DNA of 64,000 nt from a bacterium (lineage in GTDB: Bacteria > Patescibacteriota > Patescibacteriia > UBA1558 > S5-K13): the NCBI GenBank assembly GCA_035356975.1, contig DAORGW010000001.1, positions 4,951 through 68,950 on the forward strand, written 5' to 3'. Below are positions 36,513 through 46,160 of the stretch, one piece after another. The first letter of the stretch is position 1, and every line of letters starts with the position of its first letter. The translations under genes were made by a program, and so were the position numbers. Under the pieces are notes generated by a model. It saw only the letters and a program-made list of their open reading frames with translations, searched no databases and was not told the DNA's origin.

Positions 36513-38207
36513 TTATAGACTGCATTTGGATTTATCAGAATACTTTGTGTGCAATAATTTTTTTGATAATTTTCCAAGTGGTTTTCCCAAAAATTCCATG
36601 TAAATTTTTATAATATTTGGGTTTTTATGGGCTTGTCTGAATTCCAAAGATTTATCTTCTTCATAAGTTGCTTTTGCTCTTTTTCGTATTATTTCCATGG
36701 TTGTTGGCTTTGGTTGTCCTCCACCACCTATGCATCCCCCTGGACATGCCATAATTTCGATAAAATGATACTTTTTAGGCATTTTCTTTATGATTTCAAG
36801 TATTTTACGGGCATTTGATAAACTGTGTATTACAGCTAAATTTAGGGTTGTATTTCCGATTTTTATACTTGCTTCTCTGAATCCTGAATCACCTCTTAAA
36901 ATTTTAAAATCTATCTTTGAATATTCTCTGCCAGTCATAAAATAATGAGCTGTTCTTATGGCTGATTCCATAACTCCGCCAGATGAGGCAAAAATTGCTC
37001 CTCCACCAGAACCCGGCCCCATTGGATTATCAAATTGTAATTTCCTTTCATCTTTTAGATCAATTCCAAAACTTTTTATGAGTTTCGCGCACTCTCTTGT
37101 TGTTATTACAAAATCAACATCACGGACTCCGTCAACCGACATTTCATCACGACATGATTCATATTTTTTTGCTGTGCATGGCATTATACTTACTAGTATA
37201 ATATCGCGTGGATTAATTTTTGCTTTTTGTGCATAATAAGTTTTTATTAGTGCACCAAACATTTGGTGGGGTGACTTACAGCTTGATAAGTGATTTAATA
37301 ATTCAGGATAAAATGTTTCAATAAAATTGACCCAGCCAGGACAGCATGATGTTATAAGTGGCAAATATTTATTTTGTTTGATTCTCTCAATTAATTCACT
37401 GGCTTCTTCCATTATTGTAAGATCAGCTCCGAAATTTGTATCAAAAACTTTTTTAAAGCCAGCCTTTTTAAGTGCGCCTACCATTTGTCCGGTTACGGAA
37501 ATCCCAGGCTCTAATCCGAATTCTTCTCCCAGTGCAACTCTAATTGAGGGAGCGGTTTGTGCTATTACATGTTTCTTTGGATCTTTTAATAATTCTTTAA
37601 TTTCTTTATAGAATTCTTTTTCCCTGATTGCATTTGTTGGACAAACTAGTGAACACTGACCACAACCAACACAGTTTGTGTCAGCCAATTTTTTATTTAA
37701 TGATTTTGAAACAACGGTTGCGTTAGCTCTGTTTTTATAAGAAATTGCATTTACTGTTTGAAGTTCCCTACATTTTTGTATGCATCTTCCACATAAAATA
37801 CATTTTTCAAAATCCATTACAATATCATGAGAAGAGTCGTCTAATTCTTCTGAAATATGTGGTTTAAATTTTAATTCCTCAATGTCTGGTAAATTTTCTA
37901 ATTTTAACCATTTTCTAAATTCTTCTTCTTTTTCAAAATTACATCCTATTAATTGAGCATTTATTTTTCTTTGTTTCTGTATCTCAGGATTATTTGTCTC
38001 AATTATCATGCCCTCACAAATTTCGTTATTACAACTCGTTATAAATTTTCCGTTAGCCATAACTACACATATGCCACATCTCCCCTCTGACCTTAGATCT
38101 GGATGGTAACAAAGAGTGGGAATTTTTATTCCACTTTTTAGAGCCGCTTCAAGTATCGTGCATTTTTTATTTATTTTTATTTTTTTACCGTCAATCGTTA
38201 TTTGCAT
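36513..38207 (-). CDS. hydA: [FeFe]-hydrogenase group A catalytic subunit
   Basis: H-cluster motifs TSCCPGW, MPCTAKKYE and EIMACPGGCIGGGGQP; N-terminal [2Fe-2S] (CYH...CGIC...C); two [4Fe-4S] motifs (CILCGRCIQKC, CVGCGQCSLVC). Confidence 0.96.
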   Translation of the reverse strand: MQITIDGKKIKINKKCTILEAALKSGIKIPTLCYHPDLRSEGRCGICVVMANGKFITSCNNEICEGMIIETNNPEIQKQRKINAQLIGCNFEKEEEFRKWLKLENLPDIEELKFKPHISEELDDSSHDIVMDFEKCILCGRCIQKCRELQTVNAISYKNRANATVVSKSLNKKLADTNCVGCGQCSLVCPTNAIREKEFYKEIKELLKDPKKHVIAQTAPSIRVALGEEFGLEPGISVTGQMVGALKKAGFKKVFDTNFGADLTIMEEASELIERIKQNKYLPLITSCCPGWVNFIETFYPELLNHLSSCKSPHQMFGALIKTYYAQKAKINPRDIILVSIMPCTAKKYESCRDEMSVDGVRDVDFVITTRECAKLIKSFGIDLKDERKLQFDNPMGPGSGGGAIFASSGGVMESAIRTAHYFMTGREYSKIDFKILRGDSGFREASIKIGNTTLNLAVIHSLSNARKILEIIKKMPKKYHFIEIMACPGGCIGGGGQPKPTTMEIIRKRAKATYEEDKSLEFRQAHKNPNIIKIYMEFLGKPLGKLSKKLLHTKYSDKSKCSL

Positions 38208-38208
38208 T

Positions 38209-39288
38209 TTATTCTATTAATTTATCAAACTCATTTTTAAAATATTTTATTGCTGATTTTAGTGTTGTTGTTGAACTTTTTCCCAGCCCGCATTGAGATC
38301 CATTTGGAATAAAATCAATTAAATCTTCTATTATTTGAAATTCTTCTTTGCTCCATTTGCGTTCTAGTATAACTTGAAATAACTGCAATAATCTAAAATT
38401 TCCCTCTCTACATGGAAGACATTTGCCACAATTTTCATCATTAAAAAATTGAGTTATTGATCTACATATATCAGGAATACTTTTTTCATGATTTACAAAA
38501 ACTATTCCTGTTTGAAAGTAATTTCCTGTTTTTGATATTTCTTTGCATGAAAGAATTAAATCTTTTTGAAATGGAAGACAGCCTCCTGATGCACAAAAGA
38601 AAATTGCTTTTGGATCTATTGCCCCCACTTTTTCTGATAAATATTCTAATGTAATACCTTGCTTTTCTTCGTAAACTCCAGGATTTTGAACATCACCAGA
38701 AATTGAAAAAAGCATGTTATCATTTTCATAATCATCTTCGAAAACTAAACTAGCTCTACATAAAGTTTCAATATTATTTATACAGGTTTTTTCTCCATAT
38801 AGACCAAATTCACTTGGATATGGAGGTTTATGTCTAGTCTCTGCTCTTAAACCTTCAATACTATTTAGAATTGCTGTTTCTTCACCACATATATAAGAAC
38901 CAGCACCAATTATAATCTGTATGTCGTATTTTGATTTTTCTTTTATGATTTTTTCTAAAACTGTTTTAAATTTTGAATATTCTTCTCTTAAATAAAAAAA
39001 ACATTGTTCTGCTTTTAATGCATACATGGCAATATTAATACCCTCTATTGCAAGTTCAGGATTATTTTCTAAGATAAATTTGTCCTTAAATCTTCCCGGT
39101 TCACTTTCATCAGCATTACAAATTAAATATTTTGCAGGTTTACACATTTTCCATTTGAGTCCTGTAGGAAAATTAGCACCTCCGCGACCACAAAGACCAG
39201 ATTTTTCTATTTTTTGTATTACTTTTTCTGGTGATATTTTTTTGGCTTTTTTGAGATTTTCAAAATTTGTTTTTCTTTTTATTTGCAT
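38209..39288 (-). CDS. NuoF-like FMN/NADH-binding hydrogenase beta subunit (short)
   Basis: GL.GRGGANFPTGLKW, CNADESEPG.FKD, GAGSYICGEETA, CGKCLPCREG...CGLG. Confidence 0.92.
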   Translation of the reverse strand: MQIKRKTNFENLKKAKKISPEKVIQKIEKSGLCGRGGANFPTGLKWKMCKPAKYLICNADESEPGRFKDKFILENNPELAIEGINIAMYALKAEQCFFYLREEYSKFKTVLEKIIKEKSKYDIQIIIGAGSYICGEETAILNSIEGLRAETRHKPPYPSEFGLYGEKTCINNIETLCRASLVFEDDYENDNMLFSISGDVQNPGVYEEKQGITLEYLSEKVGAIDPKAIFFCASGGCLPFQKDLILSCKEISKTGNYFQTGIVFVNHEKSIPDICRSITQFFNDENCGKCLPCREGNFRLLQLFQVILERKWSKEEFQIIEDLIDFIPNGSQCGLGKSSTTTLKSAIKYFKNEFDKLIE

Positions 39289-39299
39289 TGTGTTAAATA

Positions 39300-39327
39300 A
39301 GCTGTCAGCTATCAGCCCCCAGCATCG
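39300..39327 (+). repeat. Short heptamer array in the hydrogenase intergenic spacer
   Basis: AGCTGTC AGCTATC AGCCCCC AGCATCG. Confidence 0.55.
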
Positions 39328-39332
39328 GAAAA

Positions 39333-39737
39333 TTATATTAATTTTTGTTCTTTTAGTATTTGTTCTAATTTTTTTTCCGTTAAATTTGTAAATAGCTCAT
39401 TGTCTATCATCATGACAGGACCCCTATCACACTCACTTAAACATTGGCAAGATTCTAGTCTAAATTTTTGTTCGTTTTGTCCTATTTTTGTTTTTAATAA
39501 TTTTTCTGCAATACGTAACAATTTTTCCCCATTTTTTATGTGACAAGTTGGGCTATCGCAAATTTTGATTATTTTTTTAGGACCATTAAATAGATTAAAT
39601 TTAGAATAAAAAGAAATTACTTCATAAATTTCAGCCGGTGATTTAGAAAATTTTGAAGAAGTTTTTATAATATCTTCTTGAGCAATGAATCCATTTTTAT
39701 CTTGAATTTTTTGTAGGTGTTGTAATAAAATTTCCAT
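39333..39737 (-). CDS. NuoE-like [2Fe-2S] hydrogenase gamma subunit
   Basis: LQ.IQ...GFI, V.SFYS.F, ICDSPTCH..., CLSECDRGPVMMID. Confidence 0.92.
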   Translation of the reverse strand: MEILLQHLQKIQDKNGFIAQEDIIKTSSKFSKSPAEIYEVISFYSKFNLFNGPKKIIKICDSPTCHIKNGEKLLRIAEKLLKTKIGQNEQKFRLESCQCLSECDRGPVMMIDNELFTNLTEKKLEQILKEQKLI

Positions 39738-39764
39738 ATTAATATTTTGTAATTTTATTGTATC

Positions 39765-39799
39765 ATAAAACCCAGTTTTTTATAATAACTGGGTTTTAT
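39765..39799 (-). terminator. Intrinsic terminator
   Basis: ATAAAACCCAGTT...AACTGGGTTTTAT. Confidence 0.7.
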
Positions 39800-39814
39800 T
39801 CTGTTAAGTTTTGT

Positions 39815-40849
39815 TTATTGTGTGGCTCGACAGCGTTTTAAAATATACTTTAGATATCTATTGGCATCTCTTGCAGACTTACTTACTAATTTTAATTCAT
39901 CAGATGTTGGTTTGTAGTTGAATGAATATTTATCTGGATCTCCTGGATTAGTCCATGCTGTTGATATAAGATTTTCTGATCTTTCAAGGTGTTGCCTTAA
40001 ATTAGTTCTCGCAAGTTCTAGTGCATCCCACTGATCTTTGCATTGATTATTGTAATGAAAATCCTGAAGATTTTTGTTAATTACCACCTCAATATCTCTA
40101 AAGCCTTTAATTTTTTTGTAATACGGAATTTCTTTATATACTCCTTTAATTCTGTCTTTAATCCACTTTACTCTCTTTTTTAATTGTGCTTTTAGTGTGT
40201 TATATTCCTCAATTGTATTAACTGTGACATTATCGGCTATAAGATTTTTTGCTTCAGTTACATTTCCTCTAATTTGTACAACTCTTTGTAATAGCATAGT
40301 TGAATCAGATTCTCTCATTTTGGATTTGTCTTTATTTATTTTAATTACTGCTTTTCCTTCATCAGAAAGTTGTGTTTCTAGTTTTGTAAAAGATTTAGAG
40401 TAGCTTTTTTTTAGAGAATTAAGTTTTTTAATAAGCGAGCTATTGGTTGTGCTTGCCGAAACTGTTTGAGAGTAACGAGATTCTCCATTTTCATTAACTG
40501 CCGTTACATAATAATATTTAGTTGTTCCTTTTGGAAGACCCGTATTTTCATATGAAAGTTCTGAGAGTTGTTCCAAAGTATATATTTTTACAAATGATCC
40601 GTCTCTTGTGTCACTACGATAAATGTTATATGATGTAGCTCCAGTAGAAGCATGCCAGGATATTTTTATTGTTGAATCATTGATGCCCGAAGCGGTAACG
40701 GATGTTGGTGGTGTTGGAGGAACTTCATTTATTTCATCTGCTGGTATATCACCCGTTGGGGGATGAATTTGGGCCAAAACACTCGTAATAAATATTACTG
40801 GCAACAATATTGTGAGAAATATTATCACTAATAAATTAATTTTTTTCAT
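39815..40849 (-). CDS. Secreted fibronectin type III domain protein with a coiled-coil C-terminus
   Basis: Signal peptide; P.PPTSVTAS...ISW....GATSYNIYRS...YYYVTAVN.NGES. Confidence 0.8.
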   Translation of the reverse strand: MKKINLLVIIFLTILLPVIFITSVLAQIHPPTGDIPADEINEVPPTPPTSVTASGINDSTIKISWHASTGATSYNIYRSDTRDGSFVKIYTLEQLSELSYENTGLPKGTTKYYYVTAVNENGESRYSQTVSASTTNSSLIKKLNSLKKSYSKSFTKLETQLSDEGKAVIKINKDKSKMRESDSTMLLQRVVQIRGNVTEAKNLIADNVTVNTIEEYNTLKAQLKKRVKWIKDRIKGVYKEIPYYKKIKGFRDIEVVINKNLQDFHYNNQCKDQWDALELARTNLRQHLERSENLISTAWTNPGDPDKYSFNYKPTSDELKLVSKSARDANRYLKYILKRCRATQ

Positions 40850-40899
40850 GGTTTTATTTTTAATTATTTATAATAATAGATATTTTTAGTTTTTATAAA

Positions 40900-41226
40900 T
40901 TATTCTTCGTCTGCAAAATCTTCTTCTATTGAATCAACATCTTTTATGTCAGCATCATTTTCATTATCAATGTTATCAATATTAGATAAAAGTTTGTCAA
41001 TGTCATCAAAGTCTGAGGTTTTATTAATTTCATCTATTTCGCTTTCATTTAGTCTTTCCCCGATTTCATTATTTTCATTAGGGGTTCCATCACCACTTTC
41101 CGGAAAACCCATATTTTGCTTTTGTTGTATTAAGTCTTGTTGTTCTTGTGTTTTGTTTTGTTTTGTACACCCAGTAATCGTGAAACAAAATAAAACAATC
41201 AGAAATAAATAAAAAGCTTTTTTCAT
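40900..41226 (-). CDS. Small acidic lipoprotein
   Basis: Lipobox-like ITGC after a hydrophobic leader; D/E-rich tail. Confidence 0.7.
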   Translation of the reverse strand: MKKAFYLFLIVLFCFTITGCTKQNKTQEQQDLIQQKQNMGFPESGDGTPNENNEIGERLNESEIDEINKTSDFDDIDKLLSNIDNIDNENDADIKDVDSIEEDFADEE

Positions 41227-41296
41227 TTTTTTGTTTTTTTAATTATTATTTTAATATATATTTAATTATAATACTTTTAAAAATTTACACAAATTA

Positions 41297-41351
41297 TTGA
41301 CTATTGATTATTTATATTGTAAGATGTCATATAATCGATATCCATGGGAGG
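41297..41351 (+). promoter_or_regulatory. Promoter and SD of the 41356 orphan gene
   Basis: TTGACT-N17-TAAGAT; GGGAGG SD. Confidence 0.6.
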
Positions 41352-41355
41352 AATC

Positions 41356-41892
41356 ATGATTGAACAAGTAAAAGTTGGGACTGATAATGTCCTATCGCTC
41401 GAAGATCAGGCTGAAATTTATGTACAATTAGGCCAATTATTAAAAAAATCCAATCTCTCAGCATCAAAGTCCTTTAAGAGGTTAATTAATGAAATGATCT
41501 CGGACTTCAAGGGCTTTAAACCATGTGGAAATATGGGAGATGTTGTTGTTTGGCCCAAGATGCCATTAAGGTTTCTCAATTTTCGTGAGATTGGATTATT
41601 TCAACACTATTTTTATGTTGAACAAGATGTTGTTTTAAATTCCATCCAGGAAATGAGCCAAGTAAAAATAGAACCCTATGTTCTACGTATGAATAGTCAC
41701 GAAACAATGGGAACCCTCATTGAACTGGCAACCGCAATTCAATTCGGAATTATTAAATATTTTCCAGGAGACTGCATATCGGTATCCGGGGATATATATT
41801 TTTATTTGTCTAATTGTAATACTAATCCATGCTGGAGAATTCACAATGGTCTTCCAAGCACAGCGTTTCAAAAATTTAGAGTGGGACGCTAA
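41356..41892 (+). CDS. Orphan hypothetical protein
   Basis: ORF with promoter, SD and terminator; no recognised motif. Confidence 0.65.
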   Translation: MIEQVKVGTDNVLSLEDQAEIYVQLGQLLKKSNLSASKSFKRLINEMISDFKGFKPCGNMGDVVVWPKMPLRFLNFREIGLFQHYFYVEQDVVLNSIQEMSQVKIEPYVLRMNSHETMGTLIELATAIQFGIIKYFPGDCISVSGDIYFYLSNCNTNPCWRIHNGLPSTAFQKFRVGR

Positions 41893-41908
41893 GAAAAAAT
41901 ATTTATCT

Positions 41909-41943
41909 ATAGCTGGTCTTGTAGGGACCAGCTATTGTTTTTT
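41909..41943 (+). terminator. Intrinsic terminator overlapping the stop of the convergent gene
   Basis: ATAGCTGGTC-TTGTAGG-GACCAGCTAT followed by a T-tract. Confidence 0.7.
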
Positions 41944-42456
41944 AAATTTTTTAAGTAACTCAACTGTCGATATTAAAAGACACTTATTCTTTTTTATTCC
42001 TAGTAATTTTGCATATTCATAAATCATATCTAAATCATTTGCCTGAATTTCAAAAAATTCCGGAACAGATTCATATTTATCGTAATATTTATCAAATTTA
42101 AAGGTTAAATCTTTTAATGTATAGATTGCTCTATGGAATCTAGTCGATTCATACTCTACCAGCCCCAATGATTTAATTATATTTTTTGTTTCATGAAAAT
42201 CTGAGGTTGAAAAGCTATATTCCTCACGAAATTCAACAGCAGAATTTGTAATAGGTTTTTTAACAGTTATAAGAGTTTTATTTTCTATTTTTCTTACAAT
42301 TAATTTTGATTCATTGTTTTTATCTTGACCTTCTTTTATGTCAAAAAAAGATGCACATATTTCACCTTCAAAAGTTTTTATAGCACCAAGGGCTAAAAGT
42401 TTTTTTTCTATTTTATCTCTTTTTATTTTTAGAACCTTTACTCTTACTTCTTTCAT
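41932..42456 (-). CDS. CYTH (class IV adenylate cyclase-like) domain protein, degenerate
   Basis: MKEVRVK (normally ExExK), L..LGA, ITVKKP, REEY, R.IY, FD.Y, FFEIQ. Confidence 0.75.
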   Translation of the reverse strand: MKEVRVKVLKIKRDKIEKKLLALGAIKTFEGEICASFFDIKEGQDKNNESKLIVRKIENKTLITVKKPITNSAVEFREEYSFSTSDFHETKNIIKSLGLVEYESTRFHRAIYTLKDLTFKFDKYYDKYESVPEFFEIQANDLDMIYEYAKLLGIKKNKCLLISTVELLKKFKKQ

Positions 42457-42493
42457 ATTTAGAGATTGTCAATTATTTTTTAGTTGTTATTGT

Positions 42494-43378
42494 TTACCAA
42501 CCACCAGATGCACCTCCTCCTCCAGATCTTCCGCCACCAAAGCCTCCAAAACCACCTCCGAATCCACCTCCAGATCTTCCGCCACCCAAGAACCAAAATC
42601 CACCACCAGTTCCAGGTTTACCATTATTTTTTGAAACAGCATAATCAAATAATAGTCCTAGTATTGTTAAAATTATAGTAATTATTGTTCCTATTAATAA
42701 AGTACCAATTATTAATCCAATTATTGCGCCCAGTATCCCACCAATTACACCACCCAGCCAAAACGATTTTGTTTTACCAAGTAATCTAGCGAAAATATTA
42801 AGAAAAAAAATGAATATAGCAATAAAGAAAGATATGGTATTTTCTGTTATTTTTGAGTTTACTTTTGTTTGTGATGTTAGTTCTATTCCTTGTGTTGAGG
42901 AAATTATTTGATCAACGGCTTTATCTATGCCGCCATAATAATTATTGTTTCTAAATTCTGGCTTCATGGTTTCATCTATTATCCAAAAAGATTGCGCATC
43001 TGTTAAATACCCCTCCATTCCATAGCCGGTTTCAATTCTTATTTTTCTATCCTCTATTGAAATTAGAAGCAAAACTCCATTATCATTATTTTTTTTACCT
43101 ATTTTCCAGTCTTCAAATAATTTTACAGCAAAATTTTCTATTGTATCGCCCTCTAGACTTTGAATTATTACTACACTAATTTCATTTGTTGTTTGTTTTT
43201 CAAAATCAGATAATTTTTGCTCTAAAGATTGTTTTTCTTGTGTGGTTAATGTATTTGTATAGTCATTAACAAACCCAGTTGGATTTCCTGGGTTTTGATA
43301 TGCATGTGTCTTATTAAAAATTATCAAAATAAAGATACACAAAAAATATATATTTATTTTGAAAACATTTTTTATCAT
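42494..43378 (-). CDS. TPM domain protein
   Basis: GFVND...L, W.IGKK..DNGVLLLI, RIETGYG.EG.LTD, Gly-rich GGGGASGGW tail. Confidence 0.93.
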   Translation of the reverse strand: MIKNVFKINIYFLCIFILIIFNKTHAYQNPGNPTGFVNDYTNTLTTQEKQSLEQKLSDFEKQTTNEISVVIIQSLEGDTIENFAVKLFEDWKIGKKNNDNGVLLLISIEDRKIRIETGYGMEGYLTDAQSFWIIDETMKPEFRNNNYYGGIDKAVDQIISSTQGIELTSQTKVNSKITENTISFFIAIFIFFLNIFARLLGKTKSFWLGGVIGGILGAIIGLIIGTLLIGTIITIILTILGLLFDYAVSKNNGKPGTGGGFWFLGGGRSGGGFGGGFGGFGGGRSGGGGASGGW

Positions 43379-43384
43379 AAAATA

Positions 43385-43939
43385 TTATAATTCAACTTTT
43401 GGAGCATTTTCTGTGCCCTCTTGTGCCTCAAAATATGTTTTTTCCGAAAATCCCATCATATTTGAGATTAAATTTACGGGAAGTTTTTTTATCAGTATAT
43501 TAAATGATTTTACTGTATCGTTGTATCTTTGTCTTTCTACTGCAATTCTATTTTCTGTGCCCTCTAATTGAGTCATCAGTGTTTGTACATTTTCTGCTGA
43601 TTTTAATTGAGGGTAATTTTCCATTATAACTAATAATCTAGATAACGCACCGTCAAGTTGAGTGGCTGCTTGAATTTTTTGATCAGTTGTTTGTGCTCCG
43701 GAATACTGTGTTCTTGCTTCTGCGATTTTTCCAAACACTTCTTGTTCTTGTTTCATTATTCCTTTTACAGATTCAACTAAATTTGGAATTAGATCAAATC
43801 TTCTTTGATATTGACTTTCTACTTGTGCCCATTGATTAGTGACTCCTTCGTTTGCATTTACAAGTTTGTTATATGTTGTCCAAAAGAATCCCGCTACCAA
43901 GACAACAAGAATTAAAATAATTAATAGTGTTTTTTTCAT
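43385..43939 (-). CDS. lemA: LemA family protein
   Basis: YQRRFDLIPNLV, ENYPQLKS, LEGTENRIAVER.RYN. Confidence 0.96.
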   Translation of the reverse strand: MKKTLLIILILVVLVAGFFWTTYNKLVNANEGVTNQWAQVESQYQRRFDLIPNLVESVKGIMKQEQEVFGKIAEARTQYSGAQTTDQKIQAATQLDGALSRLLVIMENYPQLKSAENVQTLMTQLEGTENRIAVERQRYNDTVKSFNILIKKLPVNLISNMMGFSEKTYFEAQEGTENAPKVEL

Positions 43940-44007
43940 TTGTTTTTTATTTATTGATTAAAATATTTATATAGTATATCAAATTTTTGAGAATTTAGAA
44001 ATAAAAT

Positions 44008-44643
44008 TTAAAATTTTTCAAATATAGATTTTTTTCTTTTTTTCTTTTTGTATAAGATGAAAAATATGATGATTATAAATATTATAATCGAACCATAAGA
44101 AATTTCTCTATAATAAGTTTTAAAAATTCCACTATTTGCTCCCAAAAAATATCCCAATAAAGCTAGAATAATATTCCATATTAAAGATCCAAGAGTTGTA
44201 AAAATTATAAAATTTCCGATGTTCATTTTTGAGAGTCCCGCTGGAATAGAAATTAATTGCCTTATTTCAAAAACTAATCTACCAATAAAAGTCGCTAATT
44301 TATCATATTTGAGAAAATAATCCTCTGCTTTTTGAATTTTATGTTCATTTATAAGAAGTAATTTTGCAATTTTTGTATTTGCTAATTTATAAATAATTGC
44401 TCGACCAAGTGTCAGTGCAAGAAAATAATTAAATAGAGCACCAATTAAACTTCCCAATGTGCCACACAAAATTACTAAATATAGGTTTAATTTTCCTTGG
44501 GCTGCTAAATATGCCGCTGGAGGAATTACAATTTCAGATGGAAATGGAATAAAAGAACTCTCAATAGCCATAAGAGCGGTGATGTTAAAATAATTTAACT
44601 GTGAGAAAATTGTTGTAAAGAATGAGGTGATGGAGTGAATCAT
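44008..44643 (-). CDS. DedA family membrane protein
   Basis: MAIESSFIPFPSE, GRL...IRQLISIPAG. Confidence 0.93.
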   Translation of the reverse strand: MIHSITSFFTTIFSQLNYFNITALMAIESSFIPFPSEIVIPPAAYLAAQGKLNLYLVILCGTLGSLIGALFNYFLALTLGRAIIYKLANTKIAKLLLINEHKIQKAEDYFLKYDKLATFIGRLVFEIRQLISIPAGLSKMNIGNFIIFTTLGSLIWNIILALLGYFLGANSGIFKTYYREISYGSIIIFIIIIFFILYKKKKRKKSIFEKF

Positions 44644-44664
44644 AGTTTTATAATTTATAAATTT

Positions 44665-45357
44665 TTATTTACCGAGTCTTCTTTGTCTTTTGTTATATTC
44701 TAAAATTGCTTTATCTAATTCTTTTTCATCAAAATCTGGCCAATGTACTTTTGGAAAATAAAGCTCTGCATATGAAGATTGCCATAATAAAAATCCAGAA
44801 AGTCTTTTCTCACCAGATGTTCTGATCATTAAATCAGGATCTGGTAGCTCACCAGTGTCGAGATTTTTAGATATTAAATTTTCCGTGATTTCGGTTTCTT
44901 TTATTTTTTGTTTAATTATTTTTTGAATAGCTCTCTTTATATCATCTCTCCCACCATAATTAAGTGCTATTTGAATAATCATTTTTCCATTGTGTTTGGT
45001 TGTATTTATTGCACTTTTAATTTTTTTTTGAAGAGAAATTGGTAGTTTTTGTAAATCACCGATGTGTCTAATTTGAATTTCTTTTTTATGGAGTTTTTTA
45101 GTATTTTTATCTAAAAATTTTTCAAAAAGCATCATGAGGTTTTTTACTTCTTTTTCGGATCTTTTCCAGTTTTCAGTTGAAAAAGCATAGATTGTAACAA
45201 TTTTGATTCCTAATTTTTGCGCATAAAGACAAATTTTTTTTACATTCATTATTCCTTTTGTATGCCCAATCAGAGTTGATAATCCTTTATTTTTTGCCCA
45301 ACGGCGATTTCCATCAATTGTAATGCTAATATGATTAGGTATTTTTTTTGTTTTCAT
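44665..45357 (-). CDS. uppS: Undecaprenyl/polyprenyl diphosphate synthase
   Basis: PNHI.I..DGNRRWA, YAFSTENWKR, DPDL.IRTSGE.RLSGFLLWQ. Confidence 0.96.
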   Translation of the reverse strand: MKTKKIPNHISITIDGNRRWAKNKGLSTLIGHTKGIMNVKKICLYAQKLGIKIVTIYAFSTENWKRSEKEVKNLMMLFEKFLDKNTKKLHKKEIQIRHIGDLQKLPISLQKKIKSAINTTKHNGKMIIQIALNYGGRDDIKRAIQKIIKQKIKETEITENLISKNLDTGELPDPDLMIRTSGEKRLSGFLLWQSSYAELYFPKVHWPDFDEKELDKAILEYNKRQRRLGK

Positions 45358-45409
45358 TATTTGTGATTTAATTTTAAATAATTATAATCTAATTTTTATA
45401 AATCAAAAT

Positions 45410-46156
45410 TTATACTTGAATTTTTGAAAATAAATAAGATCCAATTAAAAATAATAAAAAAGTTATTATTAAAAGTACTATTAAATCAGTTGTGAATGTA
45501 AATTGATAGAATCCTGTAAGAGAGCCTCGTAATCCGTCAACTCCATAAGATAATGGATTTATTTTTGAAACTATTGCAATTGATTTGGGGAGCCCATTTA
45601 ATGGAAAAAGTGCGCCTGATAAAAAAAAAGTTGGCATTACTAAAAAATTCATAATTAATTGAAATCCTTGCATGTCTTCTAAAACAGATGCAATAGCTGT
45701 TCCAAGTGCTGTGAATAAAACAGCGATCATAAAGATAAAAATAAATGCACCAAACAATAAAGAAAAAGAATTAATTTTAAATCCTATTAAAAGTGAAATT
45801 AAAAGAACTAAAATTCCCTGTAAAATTGAAGTTGTCGCACCTCCCAAAGTACGACCTATCATTATTTCAAATCTTGAAACTGGGGCAGCAAGCGTTTCTT
45901 TTAAAAATCCAAATTGTTTATCCCAGATAATATCCATTCCTGAAAAAATTGCAGAAAATAAAACACTCATTGCGATTACACCTGGTGCAAGGAATTGAAT
46001 ATAATTTCCCTCGCCAGCTTTTTGAAAAGTTGGTCCAAGACCATAACCCAGAGCAACTAAAAATAAAATTGGTTGTGAGAGAGAACCTATCATTCTAGAC
46101 TTTGAACGTAAATATCTTTTTATTTGTCTTAACCAAAGTATATATATTGTATTCAT
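45410..46156 (-). CDS. ABC-2 type transporter permease
   Basis: FLAPG, WDKQFGFLKE...AP, FLSGALFP, NPLSYGVDGLR. Confidence 0.92.
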   Translation of the reverse strand: MNTIYILWLRQIKRYLRSKSRMIGSLSQPILFLVALGYGLGPTFQKAGEGNYIQFLAPGVIAMSVLFSAIFSGMDIIWDKQFGFLKETLAAPVSRFEIMIGRTLGGATTSILQGILVLLISLLIGFKINSFSLLFGAFIFIFMIAVLFTALGTAIASVLEDMQGFQLIMNFLVMPTFFLSGALFPLNGLPKSIAIVSKINPLSYGVDGLRGSLTGFYQFTFTTDLIVLLIITFLLFLIGSYLFSKIQV

Positions 46157-46160
46157 ATTT

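Noticed and set aside
38209-39737. Respiratory complex I nuoEF
   Set aside because: No other nuo genes are present, and both genes are directly linked to an H-cluster subunit.
42500-42610. Direct repeat CCTCCAGATCTTCCGCCACC
   Set aside because: It is explained by the Gly-rich GGGRSGGG tail usual in TPM proteins.
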